Assembly: GCA_963667565.1 (NCBI GenBank)
Contig: OY763415.1
Location: 992,001 to 1,056,000, forward strand
Length of the DNA: 64,000 nt
From: Acholeplasmataceae bacterium
GTDB lineage: Bacteria > Bacillota_I > Bacilli_A > Acholeplasmatales > Acholeplasmataceae
Reading direction: 5' to 3'
Shown: positions 18,830 to 27,517 of the stretch, in pieces
Numbering within the stretch: position 1 is the first letter of the stretch
Layout of the letters: each line of letters starts with the position of its first letter
Made by a program: the position numbers and the translations under genes
Notes under the pieces: generated by a model
The model's database searches: none
Told to the model about the DNA's origin: nothing
What the model saw: the letters and a program-made list of their open reading frames with translations, nothing else

Positions 18830-19030
18830 ATGGTTAGTTATAATAAGTTATGGAAACTACTAATTGATAAGGGTATAAATAAAAAAGAGCTTATCAGGCT
18901 CTCTGGAGTTAGTTCTTCTTCAATTGCAAAATTAACAAAAGGTCAAAATGTAACTACCGATGTATTGTGCAAGATCTGTGAAACATTAGAATGTGATTTC
19001 AAAGATATTATGGAGTATGTAGGTAAATAA
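18830..19030 (+). CDS. Small Cro/C1-type HTH regulator
   Basis: VSYNKLWKLLID..SSSSIAKL..KICETLECDFKDIME. Confidence 0.88.
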   Translation: MVSYNKLWKLLIDKGINKKELIRLSGVSSSSIAKLTKGQNVTTDVLCKICETLECDFKDIMEYVGK

Positions 19031-19067
19031 AAAAGGCGACTCAACTCAATTAAGAGCTGGGTCGCTA
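19031..19067. terminator. Terminator between convergent genes
   Basis: gcgactca...tgggtcgc stem with an A tract on the left (T tract for the minus strand). Confidence 0.6.
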
Positions 19068-19082
19068 TACTTTTATATGTGA

Positions 19083-19931
19083 TTACCTTGGATATACTTC
19101 TTCTAATGTTTTAGATTCTTTTGTTTTCCAAACTTTCCATCCACTATTACTACCCAATGAAACAATATCAGCTGCAGTACTTGGCGAATTGAATGCATAG
19201 TCCTTCACGAACACAAGTTCATCATTAATTTCTTTAATGACGCCATCATCGATTAATTTGTCTCTGAATTTAATTTCATTTGAATTAACCTTATGTTTTG
19301 TTGGATTTTGTCTACTAATAGACCCTTTTAACACTATAAATTTTTCATCTACGTACACACCCTCTGCATTCCATAAACCATCTTTATTTTGGAAATAGAA
19401 TCTAGGATTTTCATCTAAGTCTTCTTTTGCAACTTCAGGTACAAAAATATTGAATCCAAGTGCTTTGATAAGAGTCTGAATTGTCTCAAAATAAATGAGG
19501 CATTCGTTCATCTTGGATTCAGGTATAGTCGTTGATTTACCATTATTACCGTTATGAACCACAAATCTATCCACTTCTTTTGCTTTTTCAATCATTAACT
19601 GCTCAAGAAATGTTAAGTGAGCTTTATCGAAAATACCACCTAAATTTTGAATTGTGTATGCAGACTCCCAGAAGTCTTTTTCTTTTTTGTGTTGATTTAA
19701 ACGTACATATAATGATTCAGTTTCACCAATATAGACCGAATTGTTACCATCGTTATCTTTACCAACTAAAATATAACACCCCATACGCTCGAGTTCTTTA
19801 CGTTGATTTTCAATTTCTGATTTTGCTACGTAAACTATTCTTATTGCTTCAGTAGTTATTCTTGCTTGACTGGTTTTACTTGCATCTCCGGTTGGTAAAT
19901 ATATTTCTATTGTTTTAGCTAATATCATCAT
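19083..19931 (-). CDS. GIY-YIG nuclease family protein with DUF4357 domain
   Basis: GCYIL, VYIGETE and RLNQH; C-terminal FNSPSTAA..SNSGWKVWK. Confidence 0.85.
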   Translation of the reverse strand: MMILAKTIEIYLPTGDASKTSQARITTEAIRIVYVAKSEIENQRKELERMGCYILVGKDNDGNNSVYIGETESLYVRLNQHKKEKDFWESAYTIQNLGGIFDKAHLTFLEQLMIEKAKEVDRFVVHNGNNGKSTTIPESKMNECLIYFETIQTLIKALGFNIFVPEVAKEDLDENPRFYFQNKDGLWNAEGVYVDEKFIVLKGSISRQNPTKHKVNSNEIKFRDKLIDDGVIKEINDELVFVKDYAFNSPSTAADIVSLGSNSGWKVWKTKESKTLEEVYPR

Positions 19932-19944
19932 CGATCACCTAGAT

Positions 19945-20577
19945 TCATAACAAATATTCTAATAGGTTATCCTCAAAAAAATCTAACAAACTACCTTCGT
20001 CATCAGTATCTCTCCACATAAAATAGTTTTTTTCGTAACCTTGATACCAAAATGCTACTTCTCTATTTCTTCTAGGATCTCTTGTAATATCTCCTACAAA
20101 AACTATCCAAAATGGCAAAATTTCATCTACAATTCTACTTTCCTCACGAATTGTTTTCAACAATCCAGGTGTAAAGTATTTGCAACTTCTTTCATGAGCG
20201 TTTCCTCTACCTGCAGCCATATCAGTAGTTTCGACCCATCCATCCTGTCGTTTTATTTCTCCGAACAATATTTTTCCGCTTTTAATATTTCGAATTGCGA
20301 AGTCCATACTAATTCCCCACGAATATTTTGGCTTGCCATTTGCTGCTTTTTCGTTAATATTTATGTTATAGATTTTTCTAAGTGTATCGTCTTTCAGAGG
20401 ATATTTGGAATAAATATCTCCAAATTCAGTCGGATGTCTATCAACAATAAATTCACCAGGATAAACCGAATCAAGTGCTGATTGTAATACTACTTGAAAC
20501 CTTTCTTCAGTTTTAAGCGCCTTTGCACCACTAATTGTCTGCCAATTAGCTCTTTTTCTTAACTCTGAACTAGCCAT
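19945..20577 (-). CDS. Type II restriction endonuclease, MunI-like (predicted CAATTG)
   Basis: Matches R.MunI blocks as I recall them: DFAI..KILFGEIKRQDGWVE, AGRGNAHERSCK, FTPGLL, GDITRDP, YFMWR. Confidence 0.9.
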   Translation of the reverse strand: MASSELRKRANWQTISGAKALKTEERFQVVLQSALDSVYPGEFIVDRHPTEFGDIYSKYPLKDDTLRKIYNININEKAANGKPKYSWGISMDFAIRNIKSGKILFGEIKRQDGWVETTDMAAGRGNAHERSCKYFTPGLLKTIREESRIVDEILPFWIVFVGDITRDPRRNREVAFWYQGYEKNYFMWRDTDDEGSLLDFFEDNLLEYLL

Positions 20578-20783
20578 ATTTTCCCCTTTTCAAATTTTTA
20601 CAAATACACACTTAACAACTTTCAATATTGTTGTATATATTGTATAATATTATATATGCATTTATTATATCAAATATCGGTTTTTTGCACAATCTAAACT
20701 ATATAAACAAATGATTGATATTGACTTTACTTTTAGAGAAGAGTATTTTAATATGCAACTAGAAGTTATTAAGGAGGACGAAA

Positions 20784-21512
20784 ATGCCAGACGTAAAAAA
20801 AGAAATAACTGCTTATTCAATCTATAATGAACAAGCAAAAAACAGGACAAAAGTGAATCCATTGGATGACCTATATCCAAGATTGCCTAATGAAAAGTAT
20901 GATATTATATACGCAGATCCACCTTGGGATTATGGTGGAAAGATGCAATATGATAAATCTACTATCAAATCTGAAAATGAAGGATTCAAAAGAACAATAT
21001 TTATTAGTTCAGCTTCGTTCAAATACCCGACTGTGAAACTAAAAGATTTGAAAACATTAGATGTGAATTCCATTGCAGCAGATGATTGTTTGTTGTTCAT
21101 GTGGACAACTGGCCCACAAATGGCAAATTCCATCGAATTAGGACAAGCTTGGGGATTTGAGTATAAAACCGTAGCTTTTGTATGGGATAAAATGGTTCAT
21201 AATCCAGGACAATATACTCTATCGCAAACAGAGATGTGTTTAGTGTTTAAAAAGGGTAGAATTCCAAAACCAAGAGGAATAAGAAATGCTAGACAATTCT
21301 TCCAACATCCTAGAGGAAAACATAGCGAAAAACCAACAGAAGTTATTACAAACATCACTAACATGTTCCCAAAACAAAAAAAGATCGAGCTATTTGCTAG
21401 AGAAAATTATTTTGGTTGGGATAACTGGGGTTTAGAAATCCCTGATTCAAAGATCGACATTCCGACGAATGCAGAAATTGAAGAAAAAAATATTAGTTTT
21501 TTTGATGAATGA
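20784..21512 (+). CDS. MT-A70 family N6-adenine methyltransferase (M.MunI-like)
   Basis: YADPPW, LFMWTT, HSEKP and IELFARE motifs; divergent from the REase. Confidence 0.9.
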   Translation: MPDVKKEITAYSIYNEQAKNRTKVNPLDDLYPRLPNEKYDIIYADPPWDYGGKMQYDKSTIKSENEGFKRTIFISSASFKYPTVKLKDLKTLDVNSIAADDCLLFMWTTGPQMANSIELGQAWGFEYKTVAFVWDKMVHNPGQYTLSQTEMCLVFKKGRIPKPRGIRNARQFFQHPRGKHSEKPTEVITNITNMFPKQKKIELFARENYFGWDNWGLEIPDSKIDIPTNAEIEEKNISFFDE

Positions 21513-21542
21513 CCCAGATGACAATGTCTGGGTTTTTCTTTT
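21512..21542 (+). terminator. Intrinsic terminator
   Basis: acccaga..tctgggt stem followed by a T tract. Confidence 0.75.
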
Positions 21543-21584
21543 GAATATTCCTCATGGTATAATCGTTTTGTCGAGTAAAATATC

Positions 21585-21657
21585 AAATCGTGTAAAATCA
21601 TGAGCAAATCGTGTAAATCTGACTTCAAATCGTGTAAATCTGACTTTAAATCGTGTA
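21585..21657. repeat. Four direct repeats at exact 21-bp period
   Basis: AAATCGTGTA at 21585, 21606, 21627 and 21648. Confidence 0.9.
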
Positions 21658-21753
21658 GAAAATTAGTCTTTTTTAATGTTTTTGACCTTATTCTATTCTA
21701 TTAAATTGATCTACCATGGAAAGTGAAAGTCGAGAAGAAGCTTTATTAAGGCG

Positions 21754-21794
21754 TAAAAAAAGGACTGATAAATTGTATCAATCCTGTTCTTCTT
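21754..21794. terminator. Terminator of tRNA-Leu (possibly bidirectional)
   Basis: Minus strand AGGATTGATA-CAATT-TATCAGTCCT followed by a T tract. Confidence 0.8.
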
Positions 21795-21797
21795 ATA

Positions 21798-21887
21798 TGG
21801 TGCGGACGATGAGACTTGAACTCACACGGGCGATTACTTGCCCACAAGCCCCTCAAACTTGCGTGTCTACCATTCCACCACATCCGC
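21798..21887 (-). tRNA. tRNA-Leu (anticodon GAG)
   Basis: GCGGATG acceptor stem, GGTAGAC D-arm, CAAGT-TTGAGGG-GCTTG anticodon arm, long variable arm, GTTCAAGTC T-loop, encoded CCA. Confidence 0.97.
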
Positions 21888-21973
21888 ATTGCCTTTTGAT
21901 TATAACATATTTTTTTAATCATTCAAATAGATTTATTTCAAAAATAAAAAAGGTGCCGATTGGCACCTATTTA

Positions 21974-23635
21974 CTATTCAACTGAAATGATATAACTATA
22001 AATCTCTTGTTGACCTTCAATCACATCAACATCTAAATCAGGATTTAATTGTTTCGCATAAGCAACAATTGCTTCTAACTCATCTTCATCAGTTTCAAGA
22101 CCATAGAAGATAGTGATGATTTCTCTGTCTTCATTAATCATATCATCTAGCAATTTCTTAGCAGTTTCTACTCTACTTTGAGTAGCTACTTTGATTTTAC
22201 CTTCGGTAATACCAATGAAATCGCCTTTTTTGATTTGTACACCACCAAGTTCGGTATCTCTAACTGCATATGTAATCTCACCTGATCTCATCTTAGAAAC
22301 AATTTCAGTCATCTCTTCAATGTTATCATCAATTTCTTGAGTTGGATCAAATGCCATGAGTGATGTATATCCTTGTGCAATACTCTTTGTATGAAGTACT
22401 CTAACTGTTTTACCTTCAACTAAATCAATGGTTTGCTCAGCTGACATAATGATATTTTTATTATTAGGTAAAATAATAACATTGTCACAATTAAGTGTTT
22501 GAACAGCTTTAACAAAATCTTCAGTAGATGGATTCATCGTTTGTCCACCGTCGACAATAAGATCAACACCTAATTCTTTAAATGCTTCTTTGATTCCTTC
22601 GCCTGATGCGACTGCTAGAATACCATATTTAGATTTTTTTTCTACTTTAGTTGAAACTTTAGTAGGTTCTTGATGATTACCCATGATTGTTGAATGTTGT
22701 AAACGCATATTTTCAACTTTAATGGTTTGAATATCACCATATTTTTGTGAAAGTGTTAATGCAACACCTGGTTGATTTGTGTGTACGTGTACTTTTAATA
22801 AATCATCATCAGTAACAACAACTAATGAATCACCCATTTGTGATAAAGGTTCCTTCATCAAGTTTTCATCAAAAGTTTCTGGATGATGAAGTTTGACAAT
22901 AAACTCTGTACAATATCCATATTTAATATCAATATCACCAAGGTTTTCAGCACCATGGAAATGTTCATGCACTGCTTGTGTTGTTGGTTGAACATCAGCT
23001 TCAGCAAGCATGTTACCTTCTAATGCCATGATCATACCTTCGATAATTTTAATGAAACCTGCTCCACCACTATCGACAACTCCTGCTTCTTTTAACACAG
23101 GTAGTAAATCTGGTGTTTTAATAAGTGTTGCTTTAGCTTGTTCTAAATAAATTTTTAAAACATCTTCTACACTTTTTAAATTAGGTTGTTCTAATAATAC
23201 TTTTTCTGCTGATTCTCTAACGACGGTTAAAATGGTTCCTTCAACTGGATCCATCACGGCACGATATGCCATTTGGTATCCACCAACAAGGGCTTTGATA
23301 AATTCTTCAATTGTTGCACTACCATTATCAATTTTTGCAATTTCAGAATAAACTCCGCGGAAAAATTGCGAGAGGATAACACCTGAGTTTCCTCTAGCAC
23401 CCATTAAGAGTCCTCTTGATAAAATTTTTGAAATATCGATAATAGATTGTGAATCTAAATTGTTGACTTCTTTAATACCAGCCATCATTGTCATTTGCAT
23501 GTTTGTTCCTGTGTCTCCGTCTGGGACTGGGAAAACATTAAGATGGTCGATTTCCTTGTGATTGTTTTTCAAGTTTACTGCACCGTTTGTTACCATTTTT
23601 TTAAATAGAGATCCGCTGACCGTTTGGTTCGCCAT
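21974..23635 (-). CDS. fakA: DAK2-domain fatty acid kinase subunit A
   Basis: LNVFPVPDGDTGTNM, GARGNSGVILSQ and GGQTMNPS motifs. Confidence 0.93.
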   Translation of the reverse strand: MANQTVSGSLFKKMVTNGAVNLKNNHKEIDHLNVFPVPDGDTGTNMQMTMMAGIKEVNNLDSQSIIDISKILSRGLLMGARGNSGVILSQFFRGVYSEIAKIDNGSATIEEFIKALVGGYQMAYRAVMDPVEGTILTVVRESAEKVLLEQPNLKSVEDVLKIYLEQAKATLIKTPDLLPVLKEAGVVDSGGAGFIKIIEGMIMALEGNMLAEADVQPTTQAVHEHFHGAENLGDIDIKYGYCTEFIVKLHHPETFDENLMKEPLSQMGDSLVVVTDDDLLKVHVHTNQPGVALTLSQKYGDIQTIKVENMRLQHSTIMGNHQEPTKVSTKVEKKSKYGILAVASGEGIKEAFKELGVDLIVDGGQTMNPSTEDFVKAVQTLNCDNVIILPNNKNIIMSAEQTIDLVEGKTVRVLHTKSIAQGYTSLMAFDPTQEIDDNIEEMTEIVSKMRSGEITYAVRDTELGGVQIKKGDFIGITEGKIKVATQSRVETAKKLLDDMINEDREIITIFYGLETDEDELEAIVAYAKQLNPDLDVDVIEGQQEIYSYIISVE

Positions 23636-23940
23636 AATTGATCCTCCTAGATTTTGAACGCGTATAACATCTCTTAATATAAAGATTAAATTTTTGGTTT
23701 TTCATATAAGGTCATTAATTACAATACTTAATAAGTATAGCATTGTGATTTTTAAAATGCAATATTTGTTTACATTTTAGCATTCTTATTATATCACACA
23801 TGAAACATTTTGACACTCAAAATTATATAAATATATAATATAGGAACATTTTTATGAATTATTTCTAAATATTTTAAATGAATGTGTTGCTTTTTTTCAT
23901 CTTCTATGTTAAATTGAATTGTGCAGTTAGGAGTGAGAGT

Positions 23941-24129
23941 ATGGCTAAATGCTATGTAACAGGAAAATCAACAGTATTTGGAAACAAACGTAGTCATGCG
24001 TTAAATGCAACACGCAGAACTTGGAAGAGCAATTTACAAACTATCAGAATTAAAGACGAAGATGGAAACATTAAAAAAGTTAAAGTTTCAGCAAGAGCTC
24101 TTAAAAAACACAATTTAGAACGTGTTTAA
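23941..24129 (+). CDS. rpmB: 50S ribosomal protein L28
   Basis: [37 protein letters not shown]. Confidence 0.97.
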   Translation: MAKCYVTGKSTVFGNKRSHALNATRRTWKSNLQTIRIKDEDGNIKKVKVSARALKKHNLERV

Positions 24130-24151
24130 TAAAAGTTAATGACGTTATTCC

Positions 24152-24222
24152 AATAAAAACGTTCTTCTGTAACGTTTTTTATTTGAACAAAAGAAAAGGT
24201 GGAGAATATCCACCTTTTTCTT
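24152..24222. terminator. Two tandem hairpin terminators between rpmB and thiN
   Basis: aaaaacgtt/aacgttttt and aaaaggtgga/tccacctttt inverted repeats. Confidence 0.7.
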
Positions 24223-24828
24223 TTAGTCTTTGATAGTTTTAATCATGAGTACACTACCTTCATGAACTTCTAGTATTGCATGCTCTAATGTCTCATTACT
24301 AATACCGATTGGATCAAATTGACCCATATGGTAATGGTCTAATTCATATTTAAAATGCTTAAGTGAAATGATAGCTTTAGGATATCCAAAAAACGATATA
24401 TAACCATCATAAAAGGGGATATGATTTAAAGAAACATTCACTCTATTGATGACTGAATAATCGTCAATGATAACAAGATTTTCAAACTCATTAAATAATG
24501 ATAAATTTGCCATATAATGTTCGATTCTTTGTCCACCAATACCACCAATCATAATAAGTTCATCAGCATTTAATTTTTTTGCTTCAATGAGTGCTTGATA
24601 TGTATCCGTCACATCTTTAATTGGGCTTAATTCAACTTTGTTTAATTGAGTTAATATACCAGGATTTTTAAGTGAGTCAAAATCTCCAACAGCTAGGTCA
24701 ATCTTTATTCTTTGTTTGTACATTGAAAGAATGGCTTGATCGACACCAATGATATAATCAGTATCTTCAAATTTAAATATTTTTCTAACATCTTTTGGTG
24801 TAGGATGTGTGATAACAATGACTCTCAT
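24223..24828 (-). CDS. thiN: Thiamine diphosphokinase
   Basis: VGDFDS, KDVTD, GGQRIEH and GISNE motifs. Confidence 0.92.
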   Translation of the reverse strand: MRVIVITHPTPKDVRKIFKFEDTDYIIGVDQAILSMYKQRIKIDLAVGDFDSLKNPGILTQLNKVELSPIKDVTDTYQALIEAKKLNADELIMIGGIGGQRIEHYMANLSLFNEFENLVIIDDYSVINRVNVSLNHIPFYDGYISFFGYPKAIISLKHFKYELDHYHMGQFDPIGISNETLEHAILEVHEGSVLMIKTIKD

Positions 24829-25454
24829 TTTAATGACCTAATTGCTTCATCAGCATTTTTGTGATTGAACACAAAACTACCAGCTACAGCCATATCAACA
24901 CCAGCATTTTTTGCAATTTCAATCGTGTTTTGATTGATACCACCATCAACTTCAATTAAAAAATTTAGTTTTTGTTTATCTCTGATTTCAACAAGTTTCT
25001 CGACTTTTTTCATCATATCAGTCATAAATGACTGACCACCAAATCCTGGTTCCACTGTCATAACTAAGACTAGGTCAACTTGATCAATAATTTCTAATAA
25101 TGCATCGACATCAGTGTTTGGTTTAATAGATATGCCAACTTTTTTTCCTTTTGCTCTAATTTTTGCAATGGCTTGTTTGTAACAATTAGCTTCAATGTGA
25201 ATGGTTATAAACTCGACTTTGCTTAAACTAAATTGCTCAATCCAATTGATTGGATCTGTGACCATTAAATGGACATCTAAAGGTATAGTTGATAAATCAT
25301 TGATCGTCTTAGTAATAGCTGGACCAAAAGAGATATTAGGGACAAAATGTCCATCCATAATATCTATGTGAATATAATCAGCAGATTTTACTTTGTCTAT
25401 TTCTTGAGCTAATTTTGTAAAATCAGCTGTCAAAACTGAAGGTGCAATAATCAT
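24825..25454 (-). CDS. rpe: Ribulose-phosphate 3-epimerase
   Basis: HIDIMDGHFVPN, MTVEPGFGGQ and EVDGG motifs. Confidence 0.96.
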   Translation of the reverse strand: MIIAPSVLTADFTKLAQEIDKVKSADYIHIDIMDGHFVPNISFGPAITKTINDLSTIPLDVHLMVTDPINWIEQFSLSKVEFITIHIEANCYKQAIAKIRAKGKKVGISIKPNTDVDALLEIIDQVDLVLVMTVEPGFGGQSFMTDMMKKVEKLVEIRDKQKLNFLIEVDGGINQNTIEIAKNAGVDMAVAGSFVFNHKNADEAIRSLK

Positions 25455-25465
25455 AAAACCACTCC

Positions 25466-26422
25466 TCAATATTTTACTTTTTGATTTTTAATTTCTTCAA
25501 TAAATTGTAAATAATTTTCATATCTAGATTTTAATATATCGCCATGTTCAAAAGCATCTTTGATTGCACATTTAGGTTCATGAATATGATTACATTGATT
25601 ACCAAACTTACAACTATCACTTAATGCGATAAAATCAGGATAAAGTTCCTTTAATTCATCTTCATAATAGATCTTAAAATCAATCTTTGAAAATCCTGGT
25701 GTATCGGCTATATATCCTTCATTAAACTTATATAATTCAGAATGTCGTGTCGTATGTTTACCACGTCCAAGTGCATCAGAGATCTCTTGTGTTTTTAAAC
25801 CTAATTCTGGCATTAAAGCATTGAGTAATGTCGATTTCCCAACACCTGTTTGACCAGCTAAAACAGTAATTTTATCAGTAAAAATATGCTCTAATACATC
25901 AAAACCAATTTTTTGCTTACTATTGATATAATAGACTTCATATCCCATTTGTTCATAATAAACCATGTCTTTTTTTATGCTTTCTAGTAATCCATCATCA
26001 ACCAAATCAATTTTTGAAATAACAATCACAGGATTGAGTTTTTCTTGTTCTAAGATGACTAAAAATTTATCAAGTAAATAAAAACTAAAATCAGGTCTAA
26101 TGGCACTAAAAACGAGAAGCACTTGATCAACGTTTGCGACATCTGGTCTTTCAAGTTCATTATTTCTCGGAAGTATTTCTTCAATAAAGACTTGATCGTG
26201 ATCAAATGCATACAAAACCTTATCACCTATTTTAGGGCTTATTTGGATTATTTTTGTCTCTTTTTTTGTCTTTCTAGAGGTTTGTTTATTAAAATCATCA
26301 TTTTGATCAAGTTTGACATATCTTAATTTTCCACGTGCTTGAGCAATGAATTCATCTTGATTCTCTAGATCGACAATCGTGTATTGATTTGAAATAATTT
26401 TTCTAATAAAAGCTTTTTTCAA
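25466..26422 (-). CDS. rsgA: Ribosome small subunit-dependent GTPase A
   Basis: SKIDL, GQTGVGKS, GKHTT and DTPG motifs plus C-terminal Cys/His zinc site. Confidence 0.95.
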   Translation of the reverse strand: MKKAFIRKIISNQYTIVDLENQDEFIAQARGKLRYVKLDQNDDFNKQTSRKTKKETKIIQISPKIGDKVLYAFDHDQVFIEEILPRNNELERPDVANVDQVLLVFSAIRPDFSFYLLDKFLVILEQEKLNPVIVISKIDLVDDGLLESIKKDMVYYEQMGYEVYYINSKQKIGFDVLEHIFTDKITVLAGQTGVGKSTLLNALMPELGLKTQEISDALGRGKHTTRHSELYKFNEGYIADTPGFSKIDFKIYYEDELKELYPDFIALSDSCKFGNQCNHIHEPKCAIKDAFEHGDILKSRYENYLQFIEEIKNQKVKY

Positions 26423-26431
26423 AAGTTCCTC

Positions 26432-27448
26432 CTAAAGGTTTTGTGCTCTTAATTGGCCACATGCAGCATTGATATCATGACCTTGTTCTTTTCTAAGTGT
26501 TACTTGAATGTTTCTCTTCTTTAAAACATCATAAAACTTTAATTGATTTTCATGTTTAGAGCGTTTGTATGGTGCTTCAATCACCTCGTTATAAGGTATC
26601 AAGTTAACATAAACATTAAGCCCTCTAAGTCTTGTTGCTAATTCTTCAGCAACTTCTACCATGTCATTAATACCATCAATTAAAATATATTCTATAGTAA
26701 CTCTTCTATTTGCAACACTCAAATAATATTTCATCGCTTCGAAAACTTCTTCAACAGGAAATCTTTGATTAATCTTCATTAATTTTGATCTGATTTCATT
26801 GTTTGGAGCATGTAAACTAATCGCTAAATTAACTTGAATGCCAAAATGTGCATACTCTTTAATTTTAGGTACAATCCCTGATGTAGAAACAGTAATATGT
26901 CTAGCACCAATCTCTAGTCCTTTAGGATGATTGACAGTCAAAATAAATTTGGTTAAGTTTTTGTAATTATCAAAAGGTTCACCAATACCCATAACAACAA
27001 TGTAACTTATGCGTTCACCTAAGATACGTTCTGTTTCAACAACCTGAGCGATAATCTCACCTGATGTTAAATCTCTTTGTTTTTTAAGCAATCCAGAAGC
27101 ACAAAAAGAACAACCAATGTTACATCCAACTTGCGTTGTTACACAAATAGAATTGCCATAATGTTGTTTCATCAATACAGACTCAATTAAATGTCCATCA
27201 TGTAAACTATAAAGAACCTTTAAAGTACCATCAACACTTTTATGTTGTAATACATGCTCTAATGCCTTTAAATGGAAATTTTGATTTAAAAAATCAATCA
27301 AATCATTTGGTAAATTATTCATTTCCTCAAATGATTGTGCTTTTTGTTTATATAACCAATGCCAAATTTGATCAGCACGGTATTTTTTAAAATTGTTTTT
27401 TTCTAAAAATGCGACTAACTCTTCATAAGTCAAATCATAAATTAACAT
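26432..27448 (-). CDS. rlmN: 23S rRNA m2A2503 methyltransferase
   Basis: CNIGCSFC, MGIGEP and AACGQL motifs. Confidence 0.96.
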   Translation of the reverse strand: MLIYDLTYEELVAFLEKNNFKKYRADQIWHWLYKQKAQSFEEMNNLPNDLIDFLNQNFHLKALEHVLQHKSVDGTLKVLYSLHDGHLIESVLMKQHYGNSICVTTQVGCNIGCSFCASGLLKKQRDLTSGEIIAQVVETERILGERISYIVVMGIGEPFDNYKNLTKFILTVNHPKGLEIGARHITVSTSGIVPKIKEYAHFGIQVNLAISLHAPNNEIRSKLMKINQRFPVEEVFEAMKYYLSVANRRVTIEYILIDGINDMVEVAEELATRLRGLNVYVNLIPYNEVIEAPYKRSKHENQLKFYDVLKKRNIQVTLRKEQGHDINAACGQLRAQNL

Positions 27449-27517
27449 TTCATCACCTATACATATTATACACGATAATCAAATTTTCATAAGAAAAAAA
27501 CCTGAAATTTCAGGTTT

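Larger units (their letters stand above)
1..21710. mobile_element. Prophage (one end; continues left of window)
   Basis: Contiguous phage-type genes on the minus strand (HNH, ParB-MTase, RinA/ArpU-like activator, RusA, primase-helicase, helicase, Sak4-like, DUF2800, sigma-like), then a defence island. Housekeeping genes begin at tRNA-Leu. Right boundary approximate; no integrase in window. Confidence 0.9.

Noticed and set aside
20665..20880. Possible R-M controller (C) protein
   Set aside because: Overlaps the MTase start on the opposite strand and has no HTH pattern.
21585..21657. Mini CRISPR array
   Set aside because: The period is only 21 bp, the intervening bases are nearly identical rather than unique spacers, and there is no cas operon. 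The Cas4-like DUF2800 belongs to the phage replication module.
1..21710. Avoidance of the MunI site CAATTG in the prophage
   Set aside because: Sites are visible in the prophage (e.g. 10921, 13224, 14167, 14285, 18921) as well as in host genes. No depletion is evident by eye; a formal count was not done.
21716..21985. 89-aa plus-strand ORF
   Set aside because: Runs antisense across tRNA-Leu and two terminators; shadow ORF.
23636..23940. Hidden small gene or sRNA between fakA and rpmB
   Set aside because: AT-rich with promoter-like hexamers only; no credible ORF or stable structure seen.
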